Shown here piece after piece: positions 20,022 through 29,305 of a stretch of 64,000 nucleotides of DNA. Source of the DNA: Ignavibacteriota bacterium (lineage in GTDB: Bacteria > Bacteroidota > Ignavibacteria > UBA10030). The stretch lies in contig JAKEEG010000075.1 of the NCBI GenBank assembly GCA_022616555.1, forward strand, positions 59,451 to 123,450. The letters run 5' to 3'. The first letter of the stretch is position 1. Every line of letters starts with the position of its first letter. The notes under the pieces are model-generated. The model worked only from the letters and a program-made list of their open reading frames with translations. It ran no database searches and was not told where the DNA came from. The position numbers were made by a program, and so were the translations under genes.

Positions 20022-21074
20022 GTGCACCCTATCCTTTCTGACAAACGAAAGCTCGCGATTTATCTTCTCGCGTGGCTCATCATCGGGATCCTGCTGGCAA
20101 CACTCCTCGTGGCGGTGGGTGATGTCAACTGGATTCCGGCGTTCATCCTTACGCTGCCGATGGCGTTGGTGTACGCCTTCATCTGCCTCTCAAGCTGGTA
20201 CCTGTGCCGGGCGTTTCCACTTGCAAAGACCGACTTTCTCAAACTCTCCCTCATTTATCTTATCAGTGGATCGCTTGAGAGCTCCTTGTGGGTGCTGCTC
20301 GGGCAGGGATGGCTTTGGTTGTTTCAACACGCATCCCCGCATCCCGCTTTGGATAATGTTATCATTGACAGTCGGTTGTTTTTCGGTATAGGACTCGTAC
20401 TGTATCTTCTTGTTGTTGCTATTCTTTATTTAATTGTAGCTTTGGAGGAAACGAGGAAAATTGAAGAGCGCTCATTTCAACTCCGTCTCCTCGCACAGGA
20501 AGCGGAGCTTCGCGCTCTGCGCGCGCAAATCGACCCGCATTTCCTGTTCAACAGCTTGAATTCTATCAGTGCGCTGACAACGAAGAGCCCTGAAGCGGCG
20601 CGGAACATGACTGTCCTGCTAGCGGATTTTTTCAGAAAAAGCCTGAAACTCGGCGCGCAGGAGTCGATTTCGCTTAGTCAGGAAATAGAGCTCGCTTTGG
20701 GCTTCTTGCAAATCGAGCAAGTGCGATTTGGAGAGAGACTCAAAGTCGAGCAACATATTGATGAATCTGCGCTCCCCTGCCTCGTCCCACCTCTCATCCT
20801 CCAACCTATCGTCGAAAATGCCGTGAACCACGGCATCAAGCATCTCATCGAGGGGGGCACAATACGGCTGCACACCGAACTCAACGGAAGCCGGCTTTCA
20901 ATCGTTGTCGAAAATCCATGCGACCCTGACCGTTCCCGAACTACTAGCAGCGGACTCGGTCTAGCAAACATACGAAATAGGTTGCAGACGTCATTTCAGA
21001 AAGACGCTCGTCTTGATGTGTCGGAACACAACGGCATGTTTCGCGCCGAGCTGGCATTGCCGGCTAATGAGTAA
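20022..21074 (+). CDS. LytS/YehU-family sensor histidine kinase
   Basis: AELRALRAQIDPHFLFNSLNSI, LQPIVENAVNHG, GLGLANIRNRL. Confidence 0.95.
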   Translation: MHPILSDKRKLAIYLLAWLIIGILLATLLVAVGDVNWIPAFILTLPMALVYAFICLSSWYLCRAFPLAKTDFLKLSLIYLISGSLESSLWVLLGQGWLWLFQHASPHPALDNVIIDSRLFFGIGLVLYLLVVAILYLIVALEETRKIEERSFQLRLLAQEAELRALRAQIDPHFLFNSLNSISALTTKSPEAARNMTVLLADFFRKSLKLGAQESISLSQEIELALGFLQIEQVRFGERLKVEQHIDESALPCLVPPLILQPIVENAVNHGIKHLIEGGTIRLHTELNGSRLSIVVENPCDPDRSRTTSSGLGLANIRNRLQTSFQKDARLDVSEHNGMFRAELALPANE

Positions 21075-21091
21075 AAGCGAGATCAAAGTTT

Positions 21092-21850
21092 ATGAAATCC
21101 AAGGTAAGTACACAACCACTAAAAGCAATTATTGTCGATGACGAAACGTTGGCGCGTGATGTTGTGCGCGAGCATCTCAACGCACATGCTCACATTACTG
21201 TGCTTGCCGAGTGCAGTAACGGCTTTGAAGCCGTAAAAGCTGTATCAGAGCTCAAACCCGATTTGTTGTTTCTCGACATCCAAATGCCGAAGCTCAGCGG
21301 GTTTGAGGTGCTGGAATTGCTCGACCACGAGTGCGCCGTCATCTTCGTAACGGCGCATGATGAATTTGCTCTCAAGGCGTTCGACGTCCACGCCGTGGAT
21401 TATCTGTTGAAGCCCTTTAATAAAGAGCGCTTTGACAAAGCGATTGAGCTTGCGATGAAACGGGCAAACCGAAAGCCGCCATTACCCCGTACAGAGCTTG
21501 CCGCAAGCGCCCGACCGACTGGCAAACCACTCGAACGCATCCTCGTGCGTGAAGGCTCAAAAGTTCACGTAATCCCCGTTGAGCACATCGACTACATTGA
21601 AGCGCAAGACGACTACGTCTGTATCCGCTCAGATGGCAAATCTCATCTTAAACAACAGCGTTTGACAGAGCTGGAAATATCGCTCGATGCGAAACGCTTT
21701 GTCCGCATCCACCGCTCATACATACTCAATATCGACCGGCTGGCGAAGATCGAGCTGTACGCCAAAGACAGCCGCGTCGCTATCCTCAATGACGGCACAA
21801 AACTCAACGTCAGCCGCTCTGGTTACGACAAGCTGAAAACGTTGTTATAG
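21092..21850 (+). CDS. LytTR-family response regulator
   Basis: IIVDDE, FLDIQMP, FVTAHD, DYLLKP, and LytTR domain FVRIHRSYILN. Confidence 0.95.
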   Translation: MKSKVSTQPLKAIIVDDETLARDVVREHLNAHAHITVLAECSNGFEAVKAVSELKPDLLFLDIQMPKLSGFEVLELLDHECAVIFVTAHDEFALKAFDVHAVDYLLKPFNKERFDKAIELAMKRANRKPPLPRTELAASARPTGKPLERILVREGSKVHVIPVEHIDYIEAQDDYVCIRSDGKSHLKQQRLTELEISLDAKRFVRIHRSYILNIDRLAKIELYAKDSRVAILNDGTKLNVSRSGYDKLKTLL

Positions 21851-21874
21851 AGAAACCCTTCCCAATAATATTCT

Positions 21875-21956
21875 GTCATTGCGAGCGTTTTTCAGCAATG
21901 CAATCTCGTTTTATTCATTGGCGAGCTTGCTTCGGCATAGATCGCCTCGCAATGAC
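21875..21956. repeat. REP-like palindromic element, GTCATTGCGAG family, copy 1
   Basis: GTCATTGCGAG...GCAATCTC...TTGCTTCG...CTCGCAATGAC. A homologous copy is at 54950-55035. Confidence 0.85.
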
Positions 21957-22037
21957 GAATTATTGAGGTTTGATTTTGTGTAGTTCGACAGTTATACTGT
22001 CGAACCTTGTCGAACCAAAAACTCCGAGGAGCCCGCA

Positions 22038-23303
22038 ATGAAAAAACTGTTCGCCGCATTTCTCAGCCTTGCCGTATCCCTGCCACTCGCAGCCCAAGTT
22101 ACGGCAATTAAAGCCGGCAAAATGGTCGACCCCAAGTCAAGGTCTGTGCTTTCAAACCAAATCATTCTTGTCGAAGACGGAAAAATAAAATCGGTTGGAA
22201 CCAACATCGCTATTCCCGATAATGCCACAGTCGTCGACCTCTCTCATTACACAGTGCTGCCGGGACTCATCGACTGTCACACACATGTGCTCTTACAGCC
22301 GGAGGACGAGGGCGCAGTTCCGCCGGTGATTACCAAATCACAGGCGTTCCGTACAGTGCAAGCAGTCGCCGCCGCGAAGAAAGATCTCGAGGCCGGCTTC
22401 ACGACCATGCGCGACGTTGATAGCGAAGGCGCAGGCTTTGCGGACGTCGCTGTTCGCGACGGTATTAACAAGGGCATCATCCCGGGCCCGCGCTTACTTG
22501 TTTCCACCTACGCGCTGACAATCACCGGCGGACATATGAATCTCAGCGGGATGAACCCTGATCTCAACCTGCCCGACCCCGCCGCCATCACCAACACGCG
22601 CGAGGAAATGGTGAATGAAGTCCGCCGCGAAGTCAAATACGGAGCCGATTGGATTAAGCTCTACGCGACAGGAACATTACGGCATGTCAACCCTCTAACG
22701 CTTGAATCTCTCAGCCAAGTTTCAGTTGAAGACATTCAAGCCGTTGTTAACGAAGCAAAGCGCTGGGGCAAAGACGTTGCCGCTCACGCATACGGAGGCG
22801 ATGGAGCAAAAAATTCCATCATCGGCGGCGTGAGATCCATCGAACACGGCATGCTCATGGACGATGCAACGATCCAACTACTCGTGAAACATGGAACGTA
22901 CTGGTGTCCAACGCTAAGCGTGTACTTTCCACATGATCAAACCGAGCTTAACGACTTCCGCAAACGGATCATCCAAAGTCATAAGGAGGTGTTCCAGAAA
23001 GCGATGAAAGCTGGGGTGAAGATCGCCTTTGGCACTGACGTCGGCGCGTTCGAGCATGGGGCTGGCGCACAGGAATTTCTTCGCATGGTCGAATATGGTA
23101 TGAAGCCCATCGACGCCATCCGCTCGGCAACTGTAACCGCGTCCGAATTGCTCCGCATGGAACATCAGCTAGGCACCGTCGAAGCGGGCAAGTTAGCGGA
23201 CATCATTGCCGTGGAAGGTGATCCTGTCACCGACATCAATGCCCTGACAAAAGTTGCCTTTGTGATGAAAGAAGGAACTATTCATAAAAATTTCACAAAA
23301 TAG
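22038..23303 (+). CDS. Secreted metal-dependent amidohydrolase (Xaa-Pro dipeptidase-like)
   Basis: PGLIDCHTH, GFTTMRD, GADWIK, AAHAYG, SIEHG, FGTDVG, GKLADIIAV. Signal peptide. Confidence 0.92.
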   Translation: MKKLFAAFLSLAVSLPLAAQVTAIKAGKMVDPKSRSVLSNQIILVEDGKIKSVGTNIAIPDNATVVDLSHYTVLPGLIDCHTHVLLQPEDEGAVPPVITKSQAFRTVQAVAAAKKDLEAGFTTMRDVDSEGAGFADVAVRDGINKGIIPGPRLLVSTYALTITGGHMNLSGMNPDLNLPDPAAITNTREEMVNEVRREVKYGADWIKLYATGTLRHVNPLTLESLSQVSVEDIQAVVNEAKRWGKDVAAHAYGGDGAKNSIIGGVRSIEHGMLMDDATIQLLVKHGTYWCPTLSVYFPHDQTELNDFRKRIIQSHKEVFQKAMKAGVKIAFGTDVGAFEHGAGAQEFLRMVEYGMKPIDAIRSATVTASELLRMEHQLGTVEAGKLADIIAVEGDPVTDINALTKVAFVMKEGTIHKNFTK

Positions 23304-23370
23304 CACCTGAAATTCATCGGTTCAAACCTTTTCCTCGTCGCCGGAATCTTATCCATGAGGGATTCCGGCG

Positions 23371-23958
23371 ATGTTTATTGATGCAAGACCACTTACAACC
23401 GACACACAGGAGATTCTCCTGGAAAGCACCGAACGGACAAATCTGACGCCAGCCGTGCTCCTCGCTCAGAGTGGCAACCGGGAGGCGTTTGAGCAGATCT
23501 ACCGCGAACACGTCGGCAGAGTGTACGCCGTTTGCATCAGAATTTGCGGCGACCGCGTCCGAGCTGAGGAACTGACGCAGGACGTGTTCGTGCGAACATG
23601 GCAGATGCTGCCCACGTTCCGCGGTGAGAGCGCGTTCTCCTCGTGGCTTCACCGCCTCGCGGTAAACGTCGTGCTCGTCGATTATCGGGCACAACGAAGG
23701 CGCACCTCTCGCGTGTACACCGCCGAAAACCTTGAGCAGTACGACAGTCCGGAGACTGCATCAGCGCCCGGAGATGCCATCGACCTTGAAGATGCTGTAC
23801 GACAATTGCCTCCGCAAGCGCGCGCGATTTTTATTTTACACGATATTGAAGGCTACAAACATGAAGAAATTGCCGAACAACTTGAGCTTGCCGTTGGAAC
23901 CTGCAAAGCCCAGCTCCACCGGGCGCGCAAGCTCTTGAAGGAGGTGCTGGAACCATGA
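23371..23958 (+). CDS. ECF RNA polymerase sigma factor
   Basis: AEELTQDVF, FSSWLHRLAVN, region 4 LHDIEGYKHEEIAEQL...GTCKAQLHRAR. Confidence 0.95.
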   Translation: MFIDARPLTTDTQEILLESTERTNLTPAVLLAQSGNREAFEQIYREHVGRVYAVCIRICGDRVRAEELTQDVFVRTWQMLPTFRGESAFSSWLHRLAVNVVLVDYRAQRRRTSRVYTAENLEQYDSPETASAPGDAIDLEDAVRQLPPQARAIFILHDIEGYKHEEIAEQLELAVGTCKAQLHRARKLLKEVLEP

Positions 23959-25067
23959 ACTGCAACGACGTACAACAATTGCTCAGCGAATATCTCGACG
24001 GCAACCTCCCCACCCAACAGCGGGAGGCTGTTCTCGCACATATAGCACAATGCCAAACGTGTAATGCCGAGCTCCGCAAGTATCAAGCCTTGCTCGTACA
24101 AACAACACGTTTGCCAAAAGCAATTACACCATCCCGCGACCTATGGAATGGTATAGCAAACAGAATCGACCAAACCGAGCAAATGCAGCACTCGAATATC
24201 ATTCACCGCGAGAGCAAGACATTCTGGCGCAATCGTGTTCTTGCCATCGCAGCGACTGTACTCGTGATGGTTGGAACATTTTGGATCGCCACGCGGTCAT
24301 CCGTAGACGCATGGAATGTCGCCAGCCTAAGCGGTTCGATTAGCGTTGGCTCATCACAAGTGACTTCGGAAGGCAAGCTCCGCGTCGGTGAAGTACTTCA
24401 AACCGACGCGACCTCTCGCGCCCGCGTGGAAGTCGGTCTCATCGGCCATGTCGATGTGGAACCGAACTCCCGCCTGCGTCTCATCGACGCCAGCTTAACA
24501 GACCACCGGCTTACGCTCGATCGCGGCACGATCCAGGCAACCATCTGGGCTCCGCCACGATTGTTTTTTGTCGAGACGCCTTCGGCGTTGGCTGTCGACC
24601 TTGGCTGCGCGTACACTCTGCACGTCGATAGCGCAGGTTCGAGTACTCTCGAAGTTACTTCCGGCTGGGTGGCATTGGAGTTCGGTGGGCGCGAGTCCAT
24701 CGTGCCTGCGGGCAATGTTTGTGCAACTCGTCCGGGCTTCGGTCCCGGCACACCGCACCGGGAAGACGCTTCGGGAACGTTCAAGCATGCACTCACGACG
24801 TACGATTTCGAAGGCGGAGGTGCAGACGCGCTTCATACCGTCCTCGCCAATTCACGAAATATGGATTCCATTACGCTCTGGCATTTACTGTTCCGCGAGA
24901 CAGGTGAGCAACGCGCGGCGGTATACGACCGTCTCGCAGAGCTTGTCCCTGCTCCCGAAGGCGTCACTCGCGAAGGCACACTCAGTGGCGATCGAGAAAT
25001 GATCAAAGCGTGGCAGAAACACTTGAACCTCGGCGTCAAGCCATGGTGGAAGTTCTGGCAAATGTAG
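23955..25067 (+). CDS. Anti-sigma factor (zf-HC2 ZAS domain, TM, FecR-like domain)
   Basis: HIAQCQTC (HxxxCxxC), single TM. ATGA overlap with the sigma gene. Confidence 0.88.
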   Translation: MNCNDVQQLLSEYLDGNLPTQQREAVLAHIAQCQTCNAELRKYQALLVQTTRLPKAITPSRDLWNGIANRIDQTEQMQHSNIIHRESKTFWRNRVLAIAATVLVMVGTFWIATRSSVDAWNVASLSGSISVGSSQVTSEGKLRVGEVLQTDATSRARVEVGLIGHVDVEPNSRLRLIDASLTDHRLTLDRGTIQATIWAPPRLFFVETPSALAVDLGCAYTLHVDSAGSSTLEVTSGWVALEFGGRESIVPAGNVCATRPGFGPGTPHREDASGTFKHALTTYDFEGGGADALHTVLANSRNMDSITLWHLLFRETGEQRAAVYDRLAELVPAPEGVTREGTLSGDREMIKAWQKHLNLGVKPWWKFWQM

Positions 25068-25104
25068 GGTTGTTTGACAATCGATACATCAACGGAGTGA
25101 TCCC

Positions 25105-25476
25105 ATGAAAAACAATCGAATCGCCTTTACCATCACGCTTATCAATCTTGTTGTGTTGAGTGTCATGCTCTTTCAGGGCAGTTCGAGTACGATGAAACCC
25201 GGACAAGTCGTGCGTGCCCGGTTGTTTGAAGTCGTAGATGAGAAGGGAACTGTGCGTGCGCAGATCAAAGTTGAATCCAACCCCGACGCCGTCGTTCTCC
25301 GCCTGCGCGATGCAAATGGGAATGTGCGCGTCAAGCTTGGCGCAGATTCGGATGGTTCGGGGATGGTGCTCGCGAACGGTTCAACCGAACCGGGTGTACA
25401 TATCCTTTCAAAAGATGATAATGTCAAACTCGCGTTAACGGATAAAAACGGGCGTCAGCGCCTCATCACGCCGTAA
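25105..25476 (+). CDS. Hypothetical exported beta-rich protein
   Basis: GGAG SD, N-terminal TM, D.KG.VRA/D.NG.VRV repeats. Confidence 0.7.
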   Translation: MKNNRIAFTITLINLVVLSVMLFQGSSSTMKPGQVVRARLFEVVDEKGTVRAQIKVESNPDAVVLRLRDANGNVRVKLGADSDGSGMVLANGSTEPGVHILSKDDNVKLALTDKNGRQRLITP

Positions 25477-25574
25477 CAACCGAAGCAATAACGTTGAAAC
25501 GCGCTTGCGTACTTCTGCGTAGACAGGTATATTGTTTGCATTGTCATCATGTTCGAATTCGAAAGGAGCCTCCC

Positions 25575-26084
25575 ATGAATCGCGAACACCGCCTGCTCAT
25601 CGCTGCCTTGTTTCTATGTATCGTGTCAAGTTCCAGTCTTGCCCAAACAAGCAAAACGTTTGTTGTTCCGACCGTCGTTACCGCCCATTATGATGCAAGC
25701 GAACCGGAATCTCACGGCGTGATTACAGTATCATCCGACGAGAAGCTCAAAGTAGAAGTCCGCGATCTGGCTAGAAATGCCGAGTACACTGTCTCGTTAC
25801 TTGATGAACGCACCGGAAAGCGAAACGATCTAGGCGCGTTAACTACCGACCGGCGTGGATACGCGCTGAAAGAATTTTCCGTCGCGGGGATGCTTAACAC
25901 GTTCAATGCGGTGCTCATTCTCAGCGGGGAAGACGTCATCCAATACGCACAACTTCGCGAAGTATCGCACGGCTGTATCTGCAAACATAGCGGCGGCAGC
26001 ATTGTGACGACGAAGCTCGATCAAGAGTGCTACGAATGCCCATGCGGCGTCAAGTATGAAGTTTGCTGCAGAATGAAAAAATAA
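25575..26084 (+). CDS. Hypothetical secreted protein with Cys-rich C-terminus
   Basis: AAAGGAG SD, own promoter TTGCGT-17-TATATT (25505-25533), signal peptide, C-terminal CICKH...CYECPC...CC. Confidence 0.75.
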   Translation: MNREHRLLIAALFLCIVSSSSLAQTSKTFVVPTVVTAHYDASEPESHGVITVSSDEKLKVEVRDLARNAEYTVSLLDERTGKRNDLGALTTDRRGYALKEFSVAGMLNTFNAVLILSGEDVIQYAQLREVSHGCICKHSGGSIVTTKLDQECYECPCGVKYEVCCRMKK

Positions 26085-26380
26085 ATCCAGCTTGCTGTCA
26101 CCTCTCTCCTTGCTTTTCCTTCGACACTTGTGTACCTTTGTTTTCGTAAGAAACCACGCGAAAGCGTGAATTGTAGAAACTACATCGGGATCCTTACCTG
26201 CTATGAAATCATGTTCCCGAGCGCATAACAAAGGCTTATCTTTCGAGAGAAAACGCATCAACTCCAGCACCCTTCCTCTTCTCGATTGGCAAAGTATTTG
26301 TGCTTTATTGAACGACAGGCAACGTTCAAAAATCACAACATGTATGGCAGGCGATGACCGCCACTCCGCACACACGACCA

Positions 26381-27337
26381 ATGGCTGAACTCACCCCCCG
26401 CGACGATAACCGAAAACGTGTCAGCGAAATCCTGAAGCGCGTCGACCAGCTCATCAAATCGAAAGAGTACGAGCAGGCGCAACGCGAAACCGAACGCGCG
26501 AAGGAAATCGACCCGCGGAATGTGTACATCAGCGCATACCAAGAGCGCCTTGTGACATTGATTGAACAAGCAAAAAAGGACCGCGAGCAACAAGAGATAC
26601 GCAAAAAAGAAGAGGAGGAGACGCGCAAGAGACTAGAAGAAGAGCGCAAGAAAGAAGAGGCTGTCCGTCAACAAAAACTAGCCGAAGAACGCGCGCGCCA
26701 GGAGGAGGAGCAGCGCAAGAAGAAGATCGAAGAGGAAGCCCTCCGAAAAAAAATCGAAGAAGAACGCAAGAAGAAAATCGAAGAAGACATCCTCAGAAAA
26801 AAAGTAGAAGAAGAACTCCGCTCGAAGGAGAATCTCCGCTCGAAAAAAGAGGAGGAAGAAATCCGGCGGCGCCTTGAGGAAGCGAGGCGAAGAACTTCTC
26901 CCGCAAAATCAAAACATCATACGGAGGCAGACGGTGCAAAGGTGTTCATTATCGACGACGATGAAAAATTACTCAATATCCTTGAAAGTACAATTTCAGA
27001 AGAAGGGTACACCGTCTTTGCATTTTCTACCTCAGACGACGCCTACCAGGCCTTGAAAGACGCAACGCCCGATTTGATCCTCTCCGACATCAACCTCGAA
27101 ACGTCGACAATGGGTGGCTTTAGCTTCTATGAAAAAGTAAGAGAGCTGGACCACTTGCAGGAAGTTCCGTTTGTATTCCTGAGCGGGCTCTCGGATGAAG
27201 TGCTTGTCCGCACCGGCAAAGAATTGGGTGTCGATGATTACGTCACGAAGCCTTTTTCGGAAAAACATCTGCTCGCCGTCGTCAAAGGAAAAATCAAACG
27301 CTACCAGCAATTGAAAGCACGCCGCGAAAAGTCCTGA
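26381..27337 (+). CDS. Response regulator: N-terminal TPR-like helices, E/R/K-rich helix, C-terminal REC domain
   Basis: VFIIDDD, PDLILSDINL, FVFLSG, GVDDYVTKPF. Promoter TTGCTT-17-TACCTT at 26110-26138. Confidence 0.85.
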   Translation: MAELTPRDDNRKRVSEILKRVDQLIKSKEYEQAQRETERAKEIDPRNVYISAYQERLVTLIEQAKKDREQQEIRKKEEEETRKRLEEERKKEEAVRQQKLAEERARQEEEQRKKKIEEEALRKKIEEERKKKIEEDILRKKVEEELRSKENLRSKKEEEEIRRRLEEARRRTSPAKSKHHTEADGAKVFIIDDDEKLLNILESTISEEGYTVFAFSTSDDAYQALKDATPDLILSDINLETSTMGGFSFYEKVRELDHLQEVPFVFLSGLSDEVLVRTGKELGVDDYVTKPFSEKHLLAVVKGKIKRYQQLKARREKS

Positions 27338-28007
27338 TCGCCTCCTCGCCCCCTTGTTCATACAAATCGCATAAACGGTTGTCCGTATCCAGATGATAGC
27401 GGTACGTTGGTTTGCTCACTCTCGCTATCTTCATCCCACGCTTTCGTAAGCGTGTTACGAGGTCAAAGTCTTCGGCAAACGCAACATTCCGAAACCCTCC
27501 CAACTTTTTGAAGAATCCCGCAGTCGCGAAAAACGTCGCGCTCGCGTAGCATTTGTCCAGATGAATTTTTTTGCCGACGTGCCGTGCATCGGGGACGTAC
27601 TGTTTCTCCTCGGGACCGACATACTCTATGCCTCCGTGCCAAAGCGCAACAGATTTCCTACTCTGCGACAGTTCGACTCGATGCGCGAGGTGATCTTCCC
27701 GATACTCATCATCAGAATCCAGGAAAGTAATAAATTCGCCTTTCGCCAGACCGCTGCCCACATTGCGAGAACGAGCTAAACCTTTGTTGGCATGGCGGAG
27801 ATACGACAAGCGCGAATCCGATTTCACCAACGGAAGAAGAATATTTTCGGTGCCGTCCGTGCTGCCGTCGTCGATGATAATCAACTCCCAATTCCGGTAC
27901 GTTTGAATCAATACCGACGCGATAGCGCGTTTCACCAGATGTGCGCGATTGTAGGTGCACAAGATGATAGAGACTAACGGGTCTATCTTTGTACTAACAG
28001 TTTTCAT
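27294..28007 (-). CDS. Glycosyltransferase family 2
   Basis: VSIILCTYNR, IIDDGSTD, SRNVG, FLDSDD, AEDFDL. Confidence 0.93.
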   Translation of the reverse strand: MKTVSTKIDPLVSIILCTYNRAHLVKRAIASVLIQTYRNWELIIIDDGSTDGTENILLPLVKSDSRLSYLRHANKGLARSRNVGSGLAKGEFITFLDSDDEYREDHLAHRVELSQSRKSVALWHGGIEYVGPEEKQYVPDARHVGKKIHLDKCYASATFFATAGFFKKLGGFRNVAFAEDFDLVTRLRKRGMKIARVSKPTYRYHLDTDNRLCDLYEQGGEEAIRTFRGVLSIAGSV

Positions 28008-28034
28008 AAATCAAGTATCTTCACTAAACAACCA

Positions 28035-28109
28035 GCAGAGGAGCAGGGGTGCTGAGGCGAAAGGGAGAGAATGGTCTCCCCTGCCCCTCCGCTCCTCTGC
28101 ACCCCCGCC
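28035..28109. repeat. Inverted pair of ~8-bp-period purine-rich/pyrimidine-rich tandem repeats
   Basis: GCAGAGGA GCAGGGGT GCTGAGGC... followed by CTCCCCTG CCCCTCCG CTCCTCTG CACCCCCG. Confidence 0.7.
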
Positions 28110-28112
28110 ACT

Positions 28113-29135
28113 TTACTCAATCACCCACGGCTCTAATAAATTTTCCCCGATACCCTGAATAAACCGCGAGGGCTTTGTGAGGATCATACCCGACTCGCGG
28201 TCGTAGATGTTGATGGGATAAGAGATGAATAAATTCTGTTTCGCTCGTGTGCAGGCAACATACATTAAGCGACGTTCCTCTTCCATTTCCTCATCGCTTG
28301 CAGCGGAGCGCATGGTGGGGAACCTCCCTTCCAGCGCGTAAATGACGAACACCGAATTCCACTCCAACCCCTTCGCGCTGTGGATTGTCGAGAGCGTGAG
28401 ATATTCATCTTCTGGACCCGGCGACTCGATGTCCACCACGCTCTCGTTCGGAGGCTCAAGCGCCAAATCTGTCAGCAACTCGTCGATATTCCGGTACCGC
28501 TCGGTAATATTCTGGAACATCTCGAGGTCCTTCTTGCGCTTTTGATGGTCGTCGTACCGCACGCGGAGAATCGGCTCGTAATACTTCAGCATGTGATACG
28601 ATTTTTCGCCGGGCGGAATTTTCGCAGGAGCTACCTCCTTCAATTTCGTAAAGAGCTTTTGCACGTTGTCTGGATAGGCGTTGTATTCCGACCAGAATTT
28701 CTCCGTTACCATAGATGCATCGGAGTCCGGATTGGCGGGCACGCGGCGTTTGAGGATATCATCGATCACCTTCTCTGCCGTGCGGGGCCCAACCCCGTCA
28801 ACAAGCAACAAAATGCGATTCCACGCCACCACGTCTCGGGGGTTTTCCAGCACACGCAGGTACGCGATCATGTCCTTGACGTGTGCCGTTTCGACAAACT
28901 TGAACCCACCAAACTTCACAAACGGAATGTTGGCTTTCGACAACTCAATTTCCAGATCAAAAGAAAGAAACGACGACCGGAACAAAATCGCCATCTCCTG
29001 CAGCGGCACACCCTGTTCGCGCAGCTCGAGCACCTTCTGCACAACAAAGCGCGATTGCAGGTTCTCGTTCTCTGCTACGACGAGCTGCGGCAGCTCACCG
29101 CCGGGTTTGGTTGTATAAAGCTCTTTGTAGTACAT
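28113..29135 (-). CDS. UvrD/PcrA-family helicase, C-terminal half (2A/2B; motifs IVa, V, VI)
   Basis: AILFRS, STIHSAKGLEW, EEERRLMYVACTRAK, PSRFI. No Walker motifs. Confidence 0.9.
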   Translation of the reverse strand: MYYKELYTTKPGGELPQLVVAENENLQSRFVVQKVLELREQGVPLQEMAILFRSSFLSFDLEIELSKANIPFVKFGGFKFVETAHVKDMIAYLRVLENPRDVVAWNRILLLVDGVGPRTAEKVIDDILKRRVPANPDSDASMVTEKFWSEYNAYPDNVQKLFTKLKEVAPAKIPPGEKSYHMLKYYEPILRVRYDDHQKRKKDLEMFQNITERYRNIDELLTDLALEPPNESVVDIESPGPEDEYLTLSTIHSAKGLEWNSVFVIYALEGRFPTMRSAASDEEMEEERRLMYVACTRAKQNLFISYPINIYDRESGMILTKPSRFIQGIGENLLEPWVIE

Positions 29136-29209
29136 CAGTTGGCAGAATGCAGAAAACAGAATACAGTATAAAAAAGATTGAGACAGAATAATTCGCTACA
29201 ATACCCACC

Positions 29210-29282
29210 TATGTCATTCCCGCATGCTTTTAGCGGGAATCCAGCAGGTAGATGCCCGCTTAAAATCCGCGGGCATGACATA
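29210..29282. repeat. REP-like double-hairpin element (GTCATTCCCGC family) inside the helicase split
   Basis: TATGTCATTCCCGC..GCGGGAATCCAG..ATGCCCGC..GCGGGCATGACATA. Confidence 0.85.
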
Positions 29283-29305
29283 ATACTTTTTGATGTGTGT
29301 ACTAT

